A model generated the notes under the pieces. The model made no database searches, was not told the DNA's origin, and saw only the letters and a list, made by a program, of their open reading frames with translations. Positions 1 through 11,335 of a DNA stretch of 64,000 bases are shown here, piece after piece. Location of the stretch: positions 1 through 64,000 of the forward strand of contig JAAILG010001327.1 in the NCBI GenBank assembly GCA_012026655.1. The letters run 5' to 3'. Source of the stretch: Hydrolagus affinis. Lineage: Eukaryota. Numbering within the stretch: position 1 is the stretch's first letter; each line of letters starts with the position of its first letter. A program made the position numbers and the translations under genes.

Positions 1-457
1 AAAGAGACGGCTGAGGGGGGTGGGGGGGAGAGAGACGGCGGGGGGGGGGAGGGAGAGAGAGACGGCTGTGGGGGGGGGGAGAGGGACGGCGGGAGGGGGG
101 GGTGGGGGGAGAGACGGGGTGGATGTGATAATATACAGATAGATAGAGATGGGGGGTATGTGAGAGAGGAGAGAGACACAGACAGACAAACACAGAGATG
201 GAGAGAGTGAGAGACACAGAGAGATAAAAATATTTACCTCCTGAGGAGATAGGCCCCGAATGCGCGCGCACCCTGAATGCGCGCGTACCTTGAATGCGCG
301 CGCACCCGGACCACGCGCGCACTCCGAATGCGCGCCCAGCACACACATGCGCAGTACGAAAAACCCGGAAATATCGATATTTCGGTATATCTCGATATGA
401 GCCCATCGATATATCTAAATCGGAAAATTTCCATATCGACGGACCCTACTCTACTAG
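1..457 (+). mobile_element. Probable non-autonomous Helitron 3' end with internal micro- and minisatellites
   Basis: Ends in CTAG (454-457) followed by T, about 10 nt after an inverted pair CCCATCGATAT...ATATCGACGG. Interior has G/GA repeats and a 17-bp tandem array. Confidence 0.55.
255..339 (+). repeat. 17-bp CpG-rich minisatellite, 5 copies (CCCGAATGCGCGCGCAC)
   Basis: Read directly from the sequence. Confidence 0.9.
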
Positions 458-824
458 TGGCAAACCAAAATACTGCACCTGCGCGACAATGACTCACAAA
501 TGCTCCACCGCTATTGTTCTGGATAATTTCCAGTTTATCGAATGGGGATTTTTTTTTTGGGCGTGCTGGTTATATGGAAGTGCCAGTTCATTGAGTCACA
601 GACAAACCGGCTTCTATTGTATTATATTAAAATGGATCAGATTAATTCTCAGTCAAGTTTAATTATCCAAATAGGAAAACAACTGGCGTTGAAGTAAGTA
701 TAAGTGTACAGTATGATAATGATCTCTAATGATGGAGGTTAGCTGGAAAGTGCCGCTGAGATTTTTCACATTTTCCAGTTGATCATTCCTGTAAGTCATT
801 AAAGCTACCTGTGAAATACTTTGT

Positions 825-1200
825 GCTACCCACCGAGTCAAAAGGTTGTAAATTCTAGCCCCAAACCAGGGCTTCAAACCCAGAGTCTAGGCTGACACTT
901 CAGTGCATTGCTACAGGTGACATTCTTTGATAGATACATTAAGCGAACATGCTGTCTATCTGTTAAAGCTCCCATTTGAAAAAATAAGAGTATTTCTGGT
1001 GTGTCCTAGCCAACAATAATTCCCCAAAAATCATGTTCATTCACTTCATGGCTGTTTGTGGGACATTGCGGTTTGCAAATTTGCTGCAATGTTTGCCCAC
1101 AAATAGTCACAACACTTCACTTCACAGTAAAGTCCTATGAAATACTTTAAGACATCTCAATGAGGTTATAAGATGCTATATCAAAAGCATGATTATTAAT
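825..1200 (+). mobile_element. Decayed Deu-domain SINE (AmnSINE1/SacSINE1-like)
   Basis: TCTAGGCTGACACTTCAGTGCA...GCTGTTTGTGGGACATTG...GCTATATCAAA tail; similar to the copies at 3.5 kb and 18 kb. Confidence 0.7.
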
Positions 1201-1606
1201 ATTATTGTGCCCAGTGGTTATGACCATGCTGCCACAAAACAATGATGTTTAGCAGCTTTTCAGGAAGAAATTAATCATTCATTGAAGCTCTCCGGTTTTA
1301 TTAAGTTCTAGGCAGCTCTTTGACTATTTATTTCAATTTCTTTTCTCTTTATTCACATCAAGACATGTCTCACAAGTACCTGCTTGATTGCTCTTTTAGT
1401 CATCTCCGACTTCCCACACCCCTCTCAGTATATGTTATCAAACATCCAGTATATTATCCAATAAAGTGGAAACATTAGTCACACAAGTCACTGATGACAA
1501 AACATGCATTTTGTTTGCACAAATGTATAACTGGATTAATTTAAACATAGATCAAGAGATTGTATTTCATGAGCGAAAACATATTCGTGAAAACACAATG
1601 CTGTAC

Positions 1607-1690
1607 CTGTGTGAAGAGGAGACCCACAGCCACTCCGAGAATAATGAAGATACTGTTGAAAAGCCAATCTTCTATTTCTGTTTTACAGCC
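1607..1690 (-). CDS. TSPAN19: TSPAN19-like exon (GCKTEIEDWLFNSIFIILGVAVGLLFTQ), end of EC2 and TM4
   Basis: 84 nt; tgtctttcag| acceptor, CAG|GTACAG donor; GC motif followed by a hydrophobic helix. Confidence 0.92.
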
Positions 1691-2659
1691 CTGAAAGACA
1701 TGACTAAATGATGCAACATGGACAGACCACGTATAATTTCAAAATGATCGATTGAACCTATTATTCAAATTTGCCACCTGTGCTTTTCTGGCAAATAACC
1801 AGGAACATAAGAACATGGATCATCCAGGCCTTTGAGTCTGTAGCATTATTTTTATTAAATTATTGGCTGGTCTGCAATTTAATCCTATTTCCCTGCCCTT
1901 TCACCGTATTTGCTGATACCCAAATATTCATCAATCTCACTCTTAATATTTCTATGGAAATGATGAATACTCCACTCTTTCCTTTAAAATGAACCACCTA
2001 CATGACTGATTCCTGATCCCAGTTCTGTTATCAGGGGAGGTGAGTGAAAAGCCAGGCCCTTACACTGACTCATTTTGCTTAAGGATTTCAATATGAAAAT
2101 GAGATTGTAACTAGCAAAATGTTTTACACATTAACTGACAGACAATCAGCCTGAAATCCAAAGAGATATGGGAGACAGTAAAGAGCATTAGGTAAAAATG
2201 CAAACTTCTACAAATTAACACAATTAGCACAAAAATTGAGTAACATTAGAGCACGATAGAACAACTGAGAGTTCACACATCAGGTAATGTTGTTTTTCCT
2301 TATACTGGTGACTCTTTAAGCACATCATCTAGGATGTCTCAATAAGCAGATGTGCATTATAACTCAATACATTATACTATGCTGGATGCTGTGAGACCAA
2401 TTTGTTTTTTTTAGAAAAAATCACTGAATACTGCACTCAGCACTGCTTCTTTTTAAATCCTATCTAAAATTATTAATTCCTGACAAAGCTAATTAGAAGA
2501 TGGTTTATTTACAATTTTAAGTTCAATGAAAATATTCTAACATTTTTCCTAATAATATGCAATGCTTCAATGGGATGGATCGATCTTCAGTGGGGTATTG
2601 AGTTGCAATGTGTATTTATGTTAAAAACTGACTGAGCAGAATGTGCGTTAGTTTCTTAC

Positions 2660-2821
2660 CACTGCGTATATGTAGGTGTCCTCAGTCACGTTACAGAAGA
2701 GGCTAGAAATACGTTCAGTATAATTGGTACAAGAGCAAGGAATCTGGGTCAGTGTTGGGTAGGACAAGATCACCTCATTCATCTTCCAGTCTGTGCTGTT
2801 GTCGAGCCCACAACACTCAAT
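2660..2821 (-). CDS. TSPAN19: TSPAN19-like exon (IECCGLDNSTDW...IPCSCTNY...FCNVTEDTYIYAV), EC2 variable region
   Basis: 162 nt; CCG, DW and PCSC motifs; GTG|GTAAGA donor. Confidence 0.94.
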
Positions 2822-3489
2822 CTAAGATCCAAACACAAATCCAAACATGAATTAGCATTAAAATTTTAATCCATACAACAACAACAGTAAAACAACAAAA
2901 TTACATTTATAATTTCACCCAACTTTCTCCCAACTTTCATATTGGAAGAAAGAAAGTCCTCTTCATTCTGCTCAAGTTATTTGGTAACTGGAGTGTCTAT
3001 TTCACGATGCCCATTTCATCAAAATTCTCTTGCATCTCTGAACTAAAATAGGATTTGATAAAATATTCCCTTGCCATCAATATGCTATATAATATCAAAG
3101 AAACTTCATTAAATGATTACTTAAACAGTGTGTTGAGTACATTGGCAACATATTATGTCTATGAGAATAATATAAAGTGTGATCTGCACTCAAAAACTAA
3201 ACAACTCTTGAGTGAAACCATCAAAAGAATCTTGTGTAAGGTCTTGTATGTGTTACCTCCTAAGTGTCAAGTATTCTGACTATACCATCAGTCTGATTTT
3301 ATTGCTGCATTTTCTCCTATAGTCTTCCTGCATTATGTACTATCTCCAGGAATAGGACAGTGGCTTTGAGAAGTACAACTTGCATTTATATAGTGCCCCT
3401 TGGCATCTCAAAGGGCTCGACAGAGGCAGAGCTTGATGCTGAGCCAGGAAAGAGTTTGGGAGATGGGGAGGTGTGAGGTGATTTGTAGC

Positions 3490-4168
3490 ATTTTTGCCTC
3501 TGAGTCAGAGGCTTGCATTCAAGCCCTAGGTCTGGATTTTAAACTCACAGTCTAGGCTGACAATCCAATACAATGCTGGGGAAGGCTGCATTGTCGGAGA
3601 TGCCATTCTTCAAATGAGATGTTAAACCAAAGTGCTGTCAACTATTTAGGCGGATATATTCATAATAGTAATGATCCTTACATTTGATATAATGCTTTTC
3701 ACATCTTCTAAATATTTCAAAGCACTTCACAGATTATACTGCAGAGAAAAGCTGCAGGCAATTGCGCACAGTAGTATCCTACAAACAGTAGTGGATTCAA
3801 ATTTTTTTGGAGGGATTATTATTAGGCGTGTGAGTAAGGAAACTTGCCCAAGGTTTCGCCCTGACCTGGAATCGAATCCAGATATCTCACTTGTAAGGTT
3901 CTAACTACTGAGCTACAGGACTCCTGTATTAAAATCACATAGTACTATTTGAAAAGAGAAGGGAGATGTCCTGGTCAAACCCTGATAAAAATTAATTACT
4001 CGCTTCATGCGTTTTGTGAGACATTGTAGTGCACAAATTATTTGCCTAATTTGCTTTCAAATACTGTACACAGTCACTAGAATCAGTAGTAAATTCCTAT
4101 GAAGGGTTTTGAGATGCTATGATGAGGTGATACGGTGCTTTATCAAATGGCAGGATTACTATTACTAT
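3490..4168 (+). mobile_element. Deu-domain SINE split by a younger SINE
   Basis: GGCTGACA...GCTGCATTGTCGGAGATGCCATTCTTCAAATGAGATGTTAAACC at 3555-3630; resumes at about 3930 and ends in the CAAATGCAGGATTAC tail. Confidence 0.7.
3662..3924 (-). mobile_element. tRNA-headed short SINE
   Basis: Reverse match to the copy at 27305-27627. Confidence 0.85.
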
Positions 4169-4838
4169 GGCTGCTCTCTAATCAGTTTAGATGGTGCAGG
4201 AGAATAGTTTGAGAGGAGCTGGATTTGCCCCAAAATTTGCCTCCCACTCCCCAGCTAGTGCTGATCTCTGCTTGTATCTTCCCTAAAGGCACAGCCATAG
4301 TGAGACCTTTGAACAAGCATGTAAAGTAAAGTGAGTTTGAATATCAACATGAGGCCGTCATATGTTTCCACTTCAAATGTTTCGAAAAGATTGGCACCTT
4401 AAAGCCTTGACAAGGCAATGCTATCACAATCCTTGCTGCTGAGGTAAGGGTAATAGCTGACATGAGAATTCCAAAGGTCTATTGTAAAAGTACAAGTCTA
4501 CTTATACATTGCACAATAGAATTGTTAAGCTTTCAAAAAGAGCAAACTCGATCGTCAAGCAACTCTTACTTTTGTATTCAAGAGGAAGAGGTGTACAGAT
4601 GTATCATTTATTTTATCCAAAATTGAGTGGCCACGTATTCTTGACCCTCTAGTTTTTCCAGTTGTATGGCATATCAAAGAGGAGTGAGCAAGTGAGATTA
4701 AATGGCTCATGTGGAGTAAAAACAATCATTGTAGATGTGATGGACCAAACAAGAGATTTCTGCACAACATTCCACAATACTCCAACATTTCAGGTTAACT
4801 AATCCATATTGCTAATTTGTTTGTTTATTTAAACATAC

Positions 4839-4946
4839 TTCCTTCTGTATGATATCCAAAAGATTCCACGCATGTTCTTCAGAAAAGCTGTTGTTGCCAT
4901 AGTGCTCAATGACTTCAAGGGTTCTCTCTTCTAATACACTTTTAAT
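4839..4946 (-). CDS. TSPAN19: TSPAN19-like exon (IKSVLEERTLEVIEHYGNNSFSEEHAWNLLDIIQKE), EC2 helices A/B
   Basis: 108 nt; ttttaccag| acceptor, GAA|GTATGT donor; YG...W..LD.IQ pattern. Confidence 0.92.
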
Positions 4947-6688
4947 CTGGTAAAATAAAAGACAAGTTTGATTGATTGTTCGTTATTTTGATCATGAACA
5001 ACATGATTGAATGTTGCTGCTGCTGAATGACAGGACTCAGATTGAATCCATGTTGTTGTCATGAGGAATAAATATGAGAACAGCAAACATTATGAGAATA
5101 TACAGTGTAATTGGTTGAATCAGTAGCACTACAGTAATGCACAGTGAGTCAACCACACTTCATCATTTCCTTTTGTCAGCACAAGACATTGACTCAGGTT
5201 CCCAAAAGTCATTGCAAACTGCCATTTGTTTTTTGCTGGGTACGTGACATTTATGATGAAAACAAAATTCAATATTTTTAATCGAGTTTAATAGTATTGA
5301 TGATTCACTGAAGGAATAGTCACTGTTATATCACATCACCATATGTTTTCTTATGGTTTGGAAGGAGCAATATGTTTACTCAGAAAACTAATGAGCACTA
5401 AAAAGTACGATGTAAAGATAGCTCACATATAAATCTTAAATAAGAGGAAAAGAGTATACACAAAAACGTGTGCAAAAGGAGCAAGGAAGGAAATTAGGAG
5501 GTTATTTTTTGCACAGGGGATTTTTAGGATGTGGAATGTGTGGCAATGTCAGTAGTGTGGTTCCTGAGCCAGGCGGGTCTGTAGTACTCAAGGTCACTTC
5601 TGATGACAGACCAGCCAACTTGGCTCATTGGCAAGATATGGAGCTACAAAGCAGTCATGAAGTGCCGGGATTTTTTTCACTCAGCTCCTGTTAACCCTGC
5701 AATAATTAGGATAGTTCACTGAAGAAGCTGTATGAAGCTTGCAAGACAGTGCTCTCGAAGGCAAGTTATACAGTCTTAGCTGGTTCAACTCCAGAGGTAA
5801 CTCCAACTCACACTCTTGGGTTCCCAAATCTTAGCTCTCGATGACCTGTCCCTAGTACTCTCCAGGATTCTTAAACAGGGAGCATCTCTCCAGGGAGCGA
5901 GTGCACATTCCATTCCGCATACAGGGGAATTTCCAAGTGTAGCTAGCATACATATGTGGAACTTGAAGTCTGGATACTCTTAAGAATATGATGGGTTTCT
6001 ACATCTGTCAGTCACCCGTCTGACCCCCAAAAAAGTGCTTTGAAATTTAAACACTGATTTTGCAATGAACTGCAGGATGTTAAATATCCAATGCTGTTAC
6101 TTGGAAGACAAGCAATTTGCTTCTCTCATCCAAAATGGAACAAAAGACAATGGCTATCATCAGAAGCATATAAGGAGCCACATTTCCAGAGATAATCACA
6201 CTCATTAATAATCACAGTCATTAATCCTCACAACAACAGCAACTTACATTTACATTGCGCCCCTCATGCAAGGATAGTGTCCCAGACTGCTTGGCTTAGC
6301 AGCAAGCAATACATTGTGTGGAGTGGTTTGAACTTTGTATAAATCCATCCTGATTTACAAAGATAATCAAAACATATTCCACAATAATCCTTCATCCCTC
6401 ATATCTCCACTGTTCAAACTCATCCTCCACAGAACAGACAAATCTGAATTCAGTATCAGCACCACATGAAGCTCCAAACACATGGAATGATGTCCAATTG
6501 TGATAAGGGAATCTTATCTGTGATTCTATTCAAGTGTCTTATCGAACAGGCTGACTGACTGTGTAGAATTATAACTCAAGGTCAATTGTGTTTTCTCTTT
6601 ACCTTAAATTCTCTTGTAATAATTTATAACCCTACCATAATGAAGTGATATGTAAAAAAAAATTCACATGATAGAATATTTCACATAC

Positions 6689-6763
6689 CTTATTTTGCTG
6701 GAACAGTACAGCTAATCCAATAGCAAGTTGAATGATGAAAATGAGAACGAGGAATACCAAGTA
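6689..6763 (-). CDS. TSPAN19: TSPAN19-like exon (YLVFLVLIFIIQLAIGLAVLFQQNK), TM3
   Basis: 75 nt; tctcttttag| acceptor, AAG|GTATGT donor; hydrophobic helix with an intramembrane Q. Confidence 0.92.
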
Positions 6764-6882
6764 CTAAAAGAGACATAATACAAAATAAATTGCAGAAAGA
6801 TTTCCTACTCAACTAATACCTAGTTGTAAAATTACAGGATATGTATAATTACAACGCCGGTATTGGCATTTATCATTTTGTG

Positions 6883-7105
6883 GAGTTCTATAGTTTATTA
6901 GTTAGAGCACTCGCCTTGCAAGTGAGAGAACCTGGCAGGGCGAATTGTTTCCCGGCAGGGTGAAATGTTTGGCAAGTTTCCTTACTTCACATGACTCTGC
7001 TTACCTAACAATAAATACAGTAATAATAATTTAGTCACTCAATCCACGATTGTTTATGAGACATTGCTGTGTGCAATTGGCTGCCGCGTTTCTCTCACAA
7101 AATAC
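6883..7105 (+). mobile_element. tRNA-headed SINE, 3'-truncated variant
   Basis: Head and core match the other copies; carries an extra CTCTGCTTACCTAACAATAAA segment. Confidence 0.75.
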
Positions 7106-7121
7106 TTCCCAGTAAATGTTA

Positions 7122-7199
7122 CAATTGAATCCCGCAAACGGAAGGCAGTTTCGCACTTCCACAAACGGAACCTATCGTCTGTTAGCGGGATTCAAACTG
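7122..7199. mobile_element. Very small Tc1/pogo-type MITE
   Basis: Inverted ends CAATTGAATCCCGCAAAC / GTTAGCGGGATTCAAACTG; TA on the left side. Confidence 0.55.
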
Positions 7200-7874
7200 A
7201 GTGAAAGTCAACATCCCTGGCCACTGAAGCCAGCAAGACCCCTGAGGGTTTATAATTATCCAAAGGAGATGCAGACTTAAGTTGCTATCTTTGTGGCTTT
7301 ATGGATCTTATTAAAATCACCATGAAATTTTAAACTACAGTATACTTATATATGGAATACATCCAGCATTTTATTACCTGCATTACCAGATTTGGCAATG
7401 TTGTTTCAAAAATAATAATAGTATTGGAAGGAGGGAATTATCACATTAGCAATTGTTTTGCTATATTTTGATACCAAGCTCATATACCCCTTACTTGTTC
7501 CACATTGCCATGACAAGTCAGCGCTCCTGATATATTTCACTATAGTTCAAATGAAATAACATTTAAGTTGGATTCAGATAGTTTAGAGCTACAAAAGCTA
7601 ACTATGGGATCATATTAAAACAGATAATTAAGGAAACAATTCAATGTTCTAAAGTAAGCATATCAAGTATTGGATGATGTAGCTGAAAAGAGATCACAAC
7701 TCTTTAACAATCATTTATAACAAATGATTTTAAATGTCCCATTTGATAGGCATAACATTTTGATGCAATATTTACAGGAGCATGCAGCTATAAAATATGA
7801 AAAACAGGCTATCCAGAAGTTCAACTTTTTATGTGCTATTAATGGAAGGAAGTTGTAAAGTGCACTGAACTTAC

Positions 7875-7999
7875 CAAAATAAGTAAGCATTTTACTTCTT
7901 TTATGCTTCCTATGCATCCCACCAAGCAGACTAGGATAGCAGTGATACCAATCGCAAGGAAACAGTAGGCAGCGATCCTTACGACATTATCATTTTCAT
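7875..7999 (-). CDS. TSPAN19: TSPAN19-like exon (YENDNVVRIAAYCFLAIGITAILVCLVGCIGSIKEVKCLLIL), TM2
   Basis: 125 nt; phase 1 to 0; GCxGxxxExxCLL tetraspanin motif; donor TTG|GTAAGT. Confidence 0.93.
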
Positions 8000-8558
8000 C
8001 TGCAGGGACTTAGAAGTTAGGAAAACGATCAGCACATAAACTTATAGAACATCCTTTCATGTTTTTTTTCCAACATCCCCCAAACTATGCAATCAAAACA
8101 ACTATTTATATATATTGTGTATTAAACTGTCAAGATAAAGCTTCGAGTCTAACCAGCTTCATACGTCGTCATTAGTAAACTTCAAAGGGTCAACTCTTTC
8201 TCAATTCAGCTTCTTGGTTCACATTTACATTCAATATATTTTCATTTTGTAAAAACAGCCACACTAATAAGAAGATAAATTTAGTAAATTTACAAAGAAT
8301 GTACAGCAGGGAAACAGGCCACTCTGCCAACCAGTTGATGCTGGTGTATTTATTCCACAGGAGACTTCTCCTATTCCTTTAGTAATTTTAATCACTTCTA
8401 TCAGGTCAACAAATAACAACAAAATTTAATTTGTAGAGCGCCTTTCACATCGGGAGGCCATCCTCCTTAAATAGGATTACAATAGAACGGTCTCATGAGA
8501 GTTAAATAAAGAAAAGACAGAAGCACACAATTGAAGAGAGTTTCTCCTCTGCACTCAC

Positions 8559-8631
8559 ATAGCACGGTGATGAAACTGTTCTCATCCCACAACACCCAAA
8601 TGCCGCTTCCCAAAATGATTGCTCCAATAAC
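8559..8631 (-). CDS. TSPAN19: TSPAN19-like exon (VIGAIILGSGIWVLWDENSFITVL), TM1/EC1
   Basis: 73 nt; cag| acceptor, T|GTGAGT donor; phase 0 to 1; typical tetraspanin GxGxW motif. Confidence 0.92.
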
Positions 8632-10071
8632 CTGAATGGATGCAAAAAGAACCAAAATGCAGGTAATCACAGTCTATGATCTATTGGTCATTCATACACA
8701 ATTTGATTAAACGTGTTTTTTTGTGAGACAATTCTGGGGGAAATAGTCAGGGCTTTGCAAACAAAAACAGTCACTACACTTGATTGGAATTATTTGTTAA
8801 ATAGTTTGAGATGTTTCCAAACTAAATCTTGCATTTAAAAATGCAAGATTTAGATCAGAGCATCTTTGCTTGGAGGTAAAATAGGAATTTGTCAGGAAAC
8901 AGTGCAATTGATTAGAAACACAGAACACTAACTGCAATTTGCATCCAAAATTATGCAACATAGGTCAAACATTTCAGGATTAAATTTAAAAAAACTATTA
9001 AGCAGTGACCATTAGATTATTCTGCAAATCTATTCACACATTATAAATATGCTTATACTGTACTGTAAATATATTTCTTTACCAAAATTAAAGTAATTCT
9101 GAAATCTTACTCAATGGCATGTTGTATCACTGTTTATAGTACAATAGAAAATGGAAACTCAACAGAGTGGCCAATGATTCCTCGTTCTGATTTTTTTTCA
9201 TCGATGAAGTGATAACAAGATGATAGAGTTATTCTATTGTATGGGAAACCATGTTGTAATGGTTGGCACATTCTAAACTCCCATATGTATGACAACTGCG
9301 GCAAAATAGACAAGTTGACATTGAACGGTTTTGAGTAACTGTGAGAAGCTGCTACAAAGAGAAGACTTTTGATCTTTGGCAATTTCAGTTACTCGGTCAT
9401 TTCATTTGGAGGGTGTGGGGGGAGGGAAGAAACAGATTTATTGAGGCAGACCCCTTTTGATTCAGCATAGCAAATCAGCGAACTGAGGCAGATGCCATGT
9501 TAAATTTAGGAATTATTAATGAATCGGAAACAGTCAGTAAAACTGGAGGTGAGGGATCATGTAGGCATAAATGTTCATAATGTTGTATTTGACATGTTGA
9601 TGAGGATTAGCGACATGAGCGTTGGAATTAGTGCTGAACTTCAGAAGAGCATTTTGTTTTGCATTTGGGAAGAACCAGGAAAGATTACAGGATAAAAGTA
9701 CAGAGAGATTGCTTGTTTTTAGATGAGACCATAGGAGTTTAGATGAAATCCTTGCCATTTGGAAGCAATAAGATAATATCTGGACACAACAAAATAACTA
9801 AATAGAGAGATAAAGAAAAAACAAAGTAAAGGGATACAGTATTGCATAATGAAGTTAACTGATAGAAGTGTTGGAGGAAGACAGAGGGCTGTTTGTGGGA
9901 CATTGCGAAAACTGACTGCTGTATTTGCCAGCAAATGTGCAATTATTACAATTCACAGTAAAATCCTGTGAATCCTTTGAAATACATCAACCGATGCGAT
10001 AAAGCACTATATCCAATACAAGGATTATTATTATTAATAAAAAATAAATAAATAGCAGACAGAAACAGTGA

Positions 10072-10353
10072 TTGTAGCTCAGTGGTTAGAGCACTTGCGT
10101 TACAAGTTGTTCGATGCCTGGATGGGCGAAACCTGGGGCAAGTTTCCATACTCCACAAGCCTAATAATAATCCCTCAAAAAAACAATTGGTCACTTCAAT
10201 CCGCAACTGTTTGTGGGACCCTGCTGTGCACAATTGGCTGCTGCGTTTCACCCACAAATATACAGTCAATTCACTTTATAGTATATTCTACGAAGCTCTT
10301 TGAGATATCTAGAAGACATGAAAAGCGCTATATCAAATTCAAGTATTATTATT
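10072..10353 (+). mobile_element. tRNA-headed short SINE, full length
   Basis: A box TAGCTCAGTGG, B-box-like GTTCGATGCC, core GTTTGTGGGA..GCTGTGCACAATTGGCTGC, (ATT)n tail. Confidence 0.9.
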
Positions 10354-10404
10354 AAAGTGATCTCAAGCCTCATCCTCAAGCCTCTCCCTCCCAATATGTC
10401 CCAA

Positions 10405-10506
10405 TTCTGACGAAGGATCATAGACCCAAAATATTGACTCACTTTCCTTTCTCCATAGATGCTGCCTAACCTGCTGAGTGTTCCCAGTGACTTCTATTTT
10501 TGTTCC
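10405..10506 (+). mobile_element. Penelope-like element terminal fragment
   Basis: TCTGACGAAGGATC...GATGCTGCCTAACCTGCTGAGT resembles recalled chondrichthyan Penelope ends. Confidence 0.55.
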
Positions 10507-10867
10507 AAAGTGATATGTTTAAGCAAAAATTTTATTAGATTGTATATTAAATATCACATAGGAATATGTTAAGAAGAAATACTAAAGTTAAGCAATTGTG
10601 TGTCTGGCTGTAAATCCACTTTACAGTAATTCTTGTGAAGACCTTTGAGATGTGCTCCCAACATGAAAGGTGCTATATAAAATGCAAGTATTGTAATTAT
10701 TTATGTGCTAAATTATTACATTAGTTTTCAAAAGTGAAAATAGTGGTCAAATTTCAGAATCAGATGTTTACCTTGGAAAGCTTTAACAATAGCAGATGTC
10801 TGAAGTGAGTGTTATCATTTGGCAAATGCTTTTTGCCCATAAAACTAGGGAAATCACATTTATCATG

Positions 10868-11245
10868 ATAATAATAAATAATCTTTGCATTTGATATAGC
10901 GCTTTTCACATCTTGTAGATGTCTCAAAATGTTTCACAGAATATACTGCAAAGTGAATTAACCGTATATTTGTGGGTGAAACGCGGCAAGGAATTGCACA
11001 CAGCAGTGTCCCATAAACAGTCGTGGATTGAAATGACCAATTTTATTATTGTTTTCTTTTGAGGGATTATTATTACAACAACAACAACTTAGATTTATAT
11101 AGTGCCCTCCACACCGGATGGCATCTCAGAGCGCTTAAGACGTGTGAATTAAGGAAACTTGCCCAAGGTTTTGCCCTGACCTGCCTGGATTCAAACACAG
11201 ATCTCATACTTATAAGGCGAGTGCTCTAACCAGTGAACTACAGGA
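10868..11245 (-). mobile_element. tRNA-headed SINE containing a roughly 60-bp L2 tail insertion (about 11075-11137)
   Basis: Reverse match to 27305-27627, interrupted by (CAA)n...GCCCTCCACACCGGATGGCATCTCAGAGCGCTT; ends 25 bp from a TSPAN19 splice donor. Confidence 0.88.
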
Positions 11246-11269
11246 CAGAAAAGAAAGCAGCATACTCAC

Positions 11270-11335
11270 AAGAAAAATGGAATTAAATATACTCAAAACA
11301 TAAGTGAGGATGTGCACTTTGTCTTCAGATTTCAT
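11270..11335 (-). CDS. TSPAN19: TSPAN19-like first coding exon (MKSEDKVHILTYVLSIFNSIFL)
   Basis: ATG at 11335; 66 nt; donor CTT|GTGAGT. The acceptor tctctttacacag places the exon start at 11364, so an upstream non-coding exon is implied. Confidence 0.85.

Larger units (their letters stand above)
1607..11335 (-). other. TSPAN19: Tetraspanin gene (TSPAN19-like), span of the coding exons found; 3' end incomplete
   Basis: Seven exons join in frame with GT-AG sites to give MKSEDKVHILTYVLSIFNSIFL...IECCG...IPCSCT...FC...GCKTEIEDWL..., with TM segments, a CCG motif and a 6-Cys EC2. Head-to-head with LRRIQ1, as in human TSPAN19-LRRIQ1. Confidence 0.85.

Noticed and set aside
255-339. CRISPR-like repeat array (also 22114-22195)
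   Set aside because: Head-to-tail tandem units with no unique spacers, in a spliced vertebrate locus with no cas genes.
659-810. Candidate TSPAN19 last exon (cacag|VALMTYRND...)
   Set aside because: Not hydrophobic enough to finish TM4 and the acceptor region abuts a SINE; the real exon is probably left of the window.
5580-6003. Possible solo LTR (TGTAGAAACCC start on the minus strand, TCTGT at both sides)
   Set aside because: No clean TG...CA pair that agrees with the duplication and no second copy in the window.
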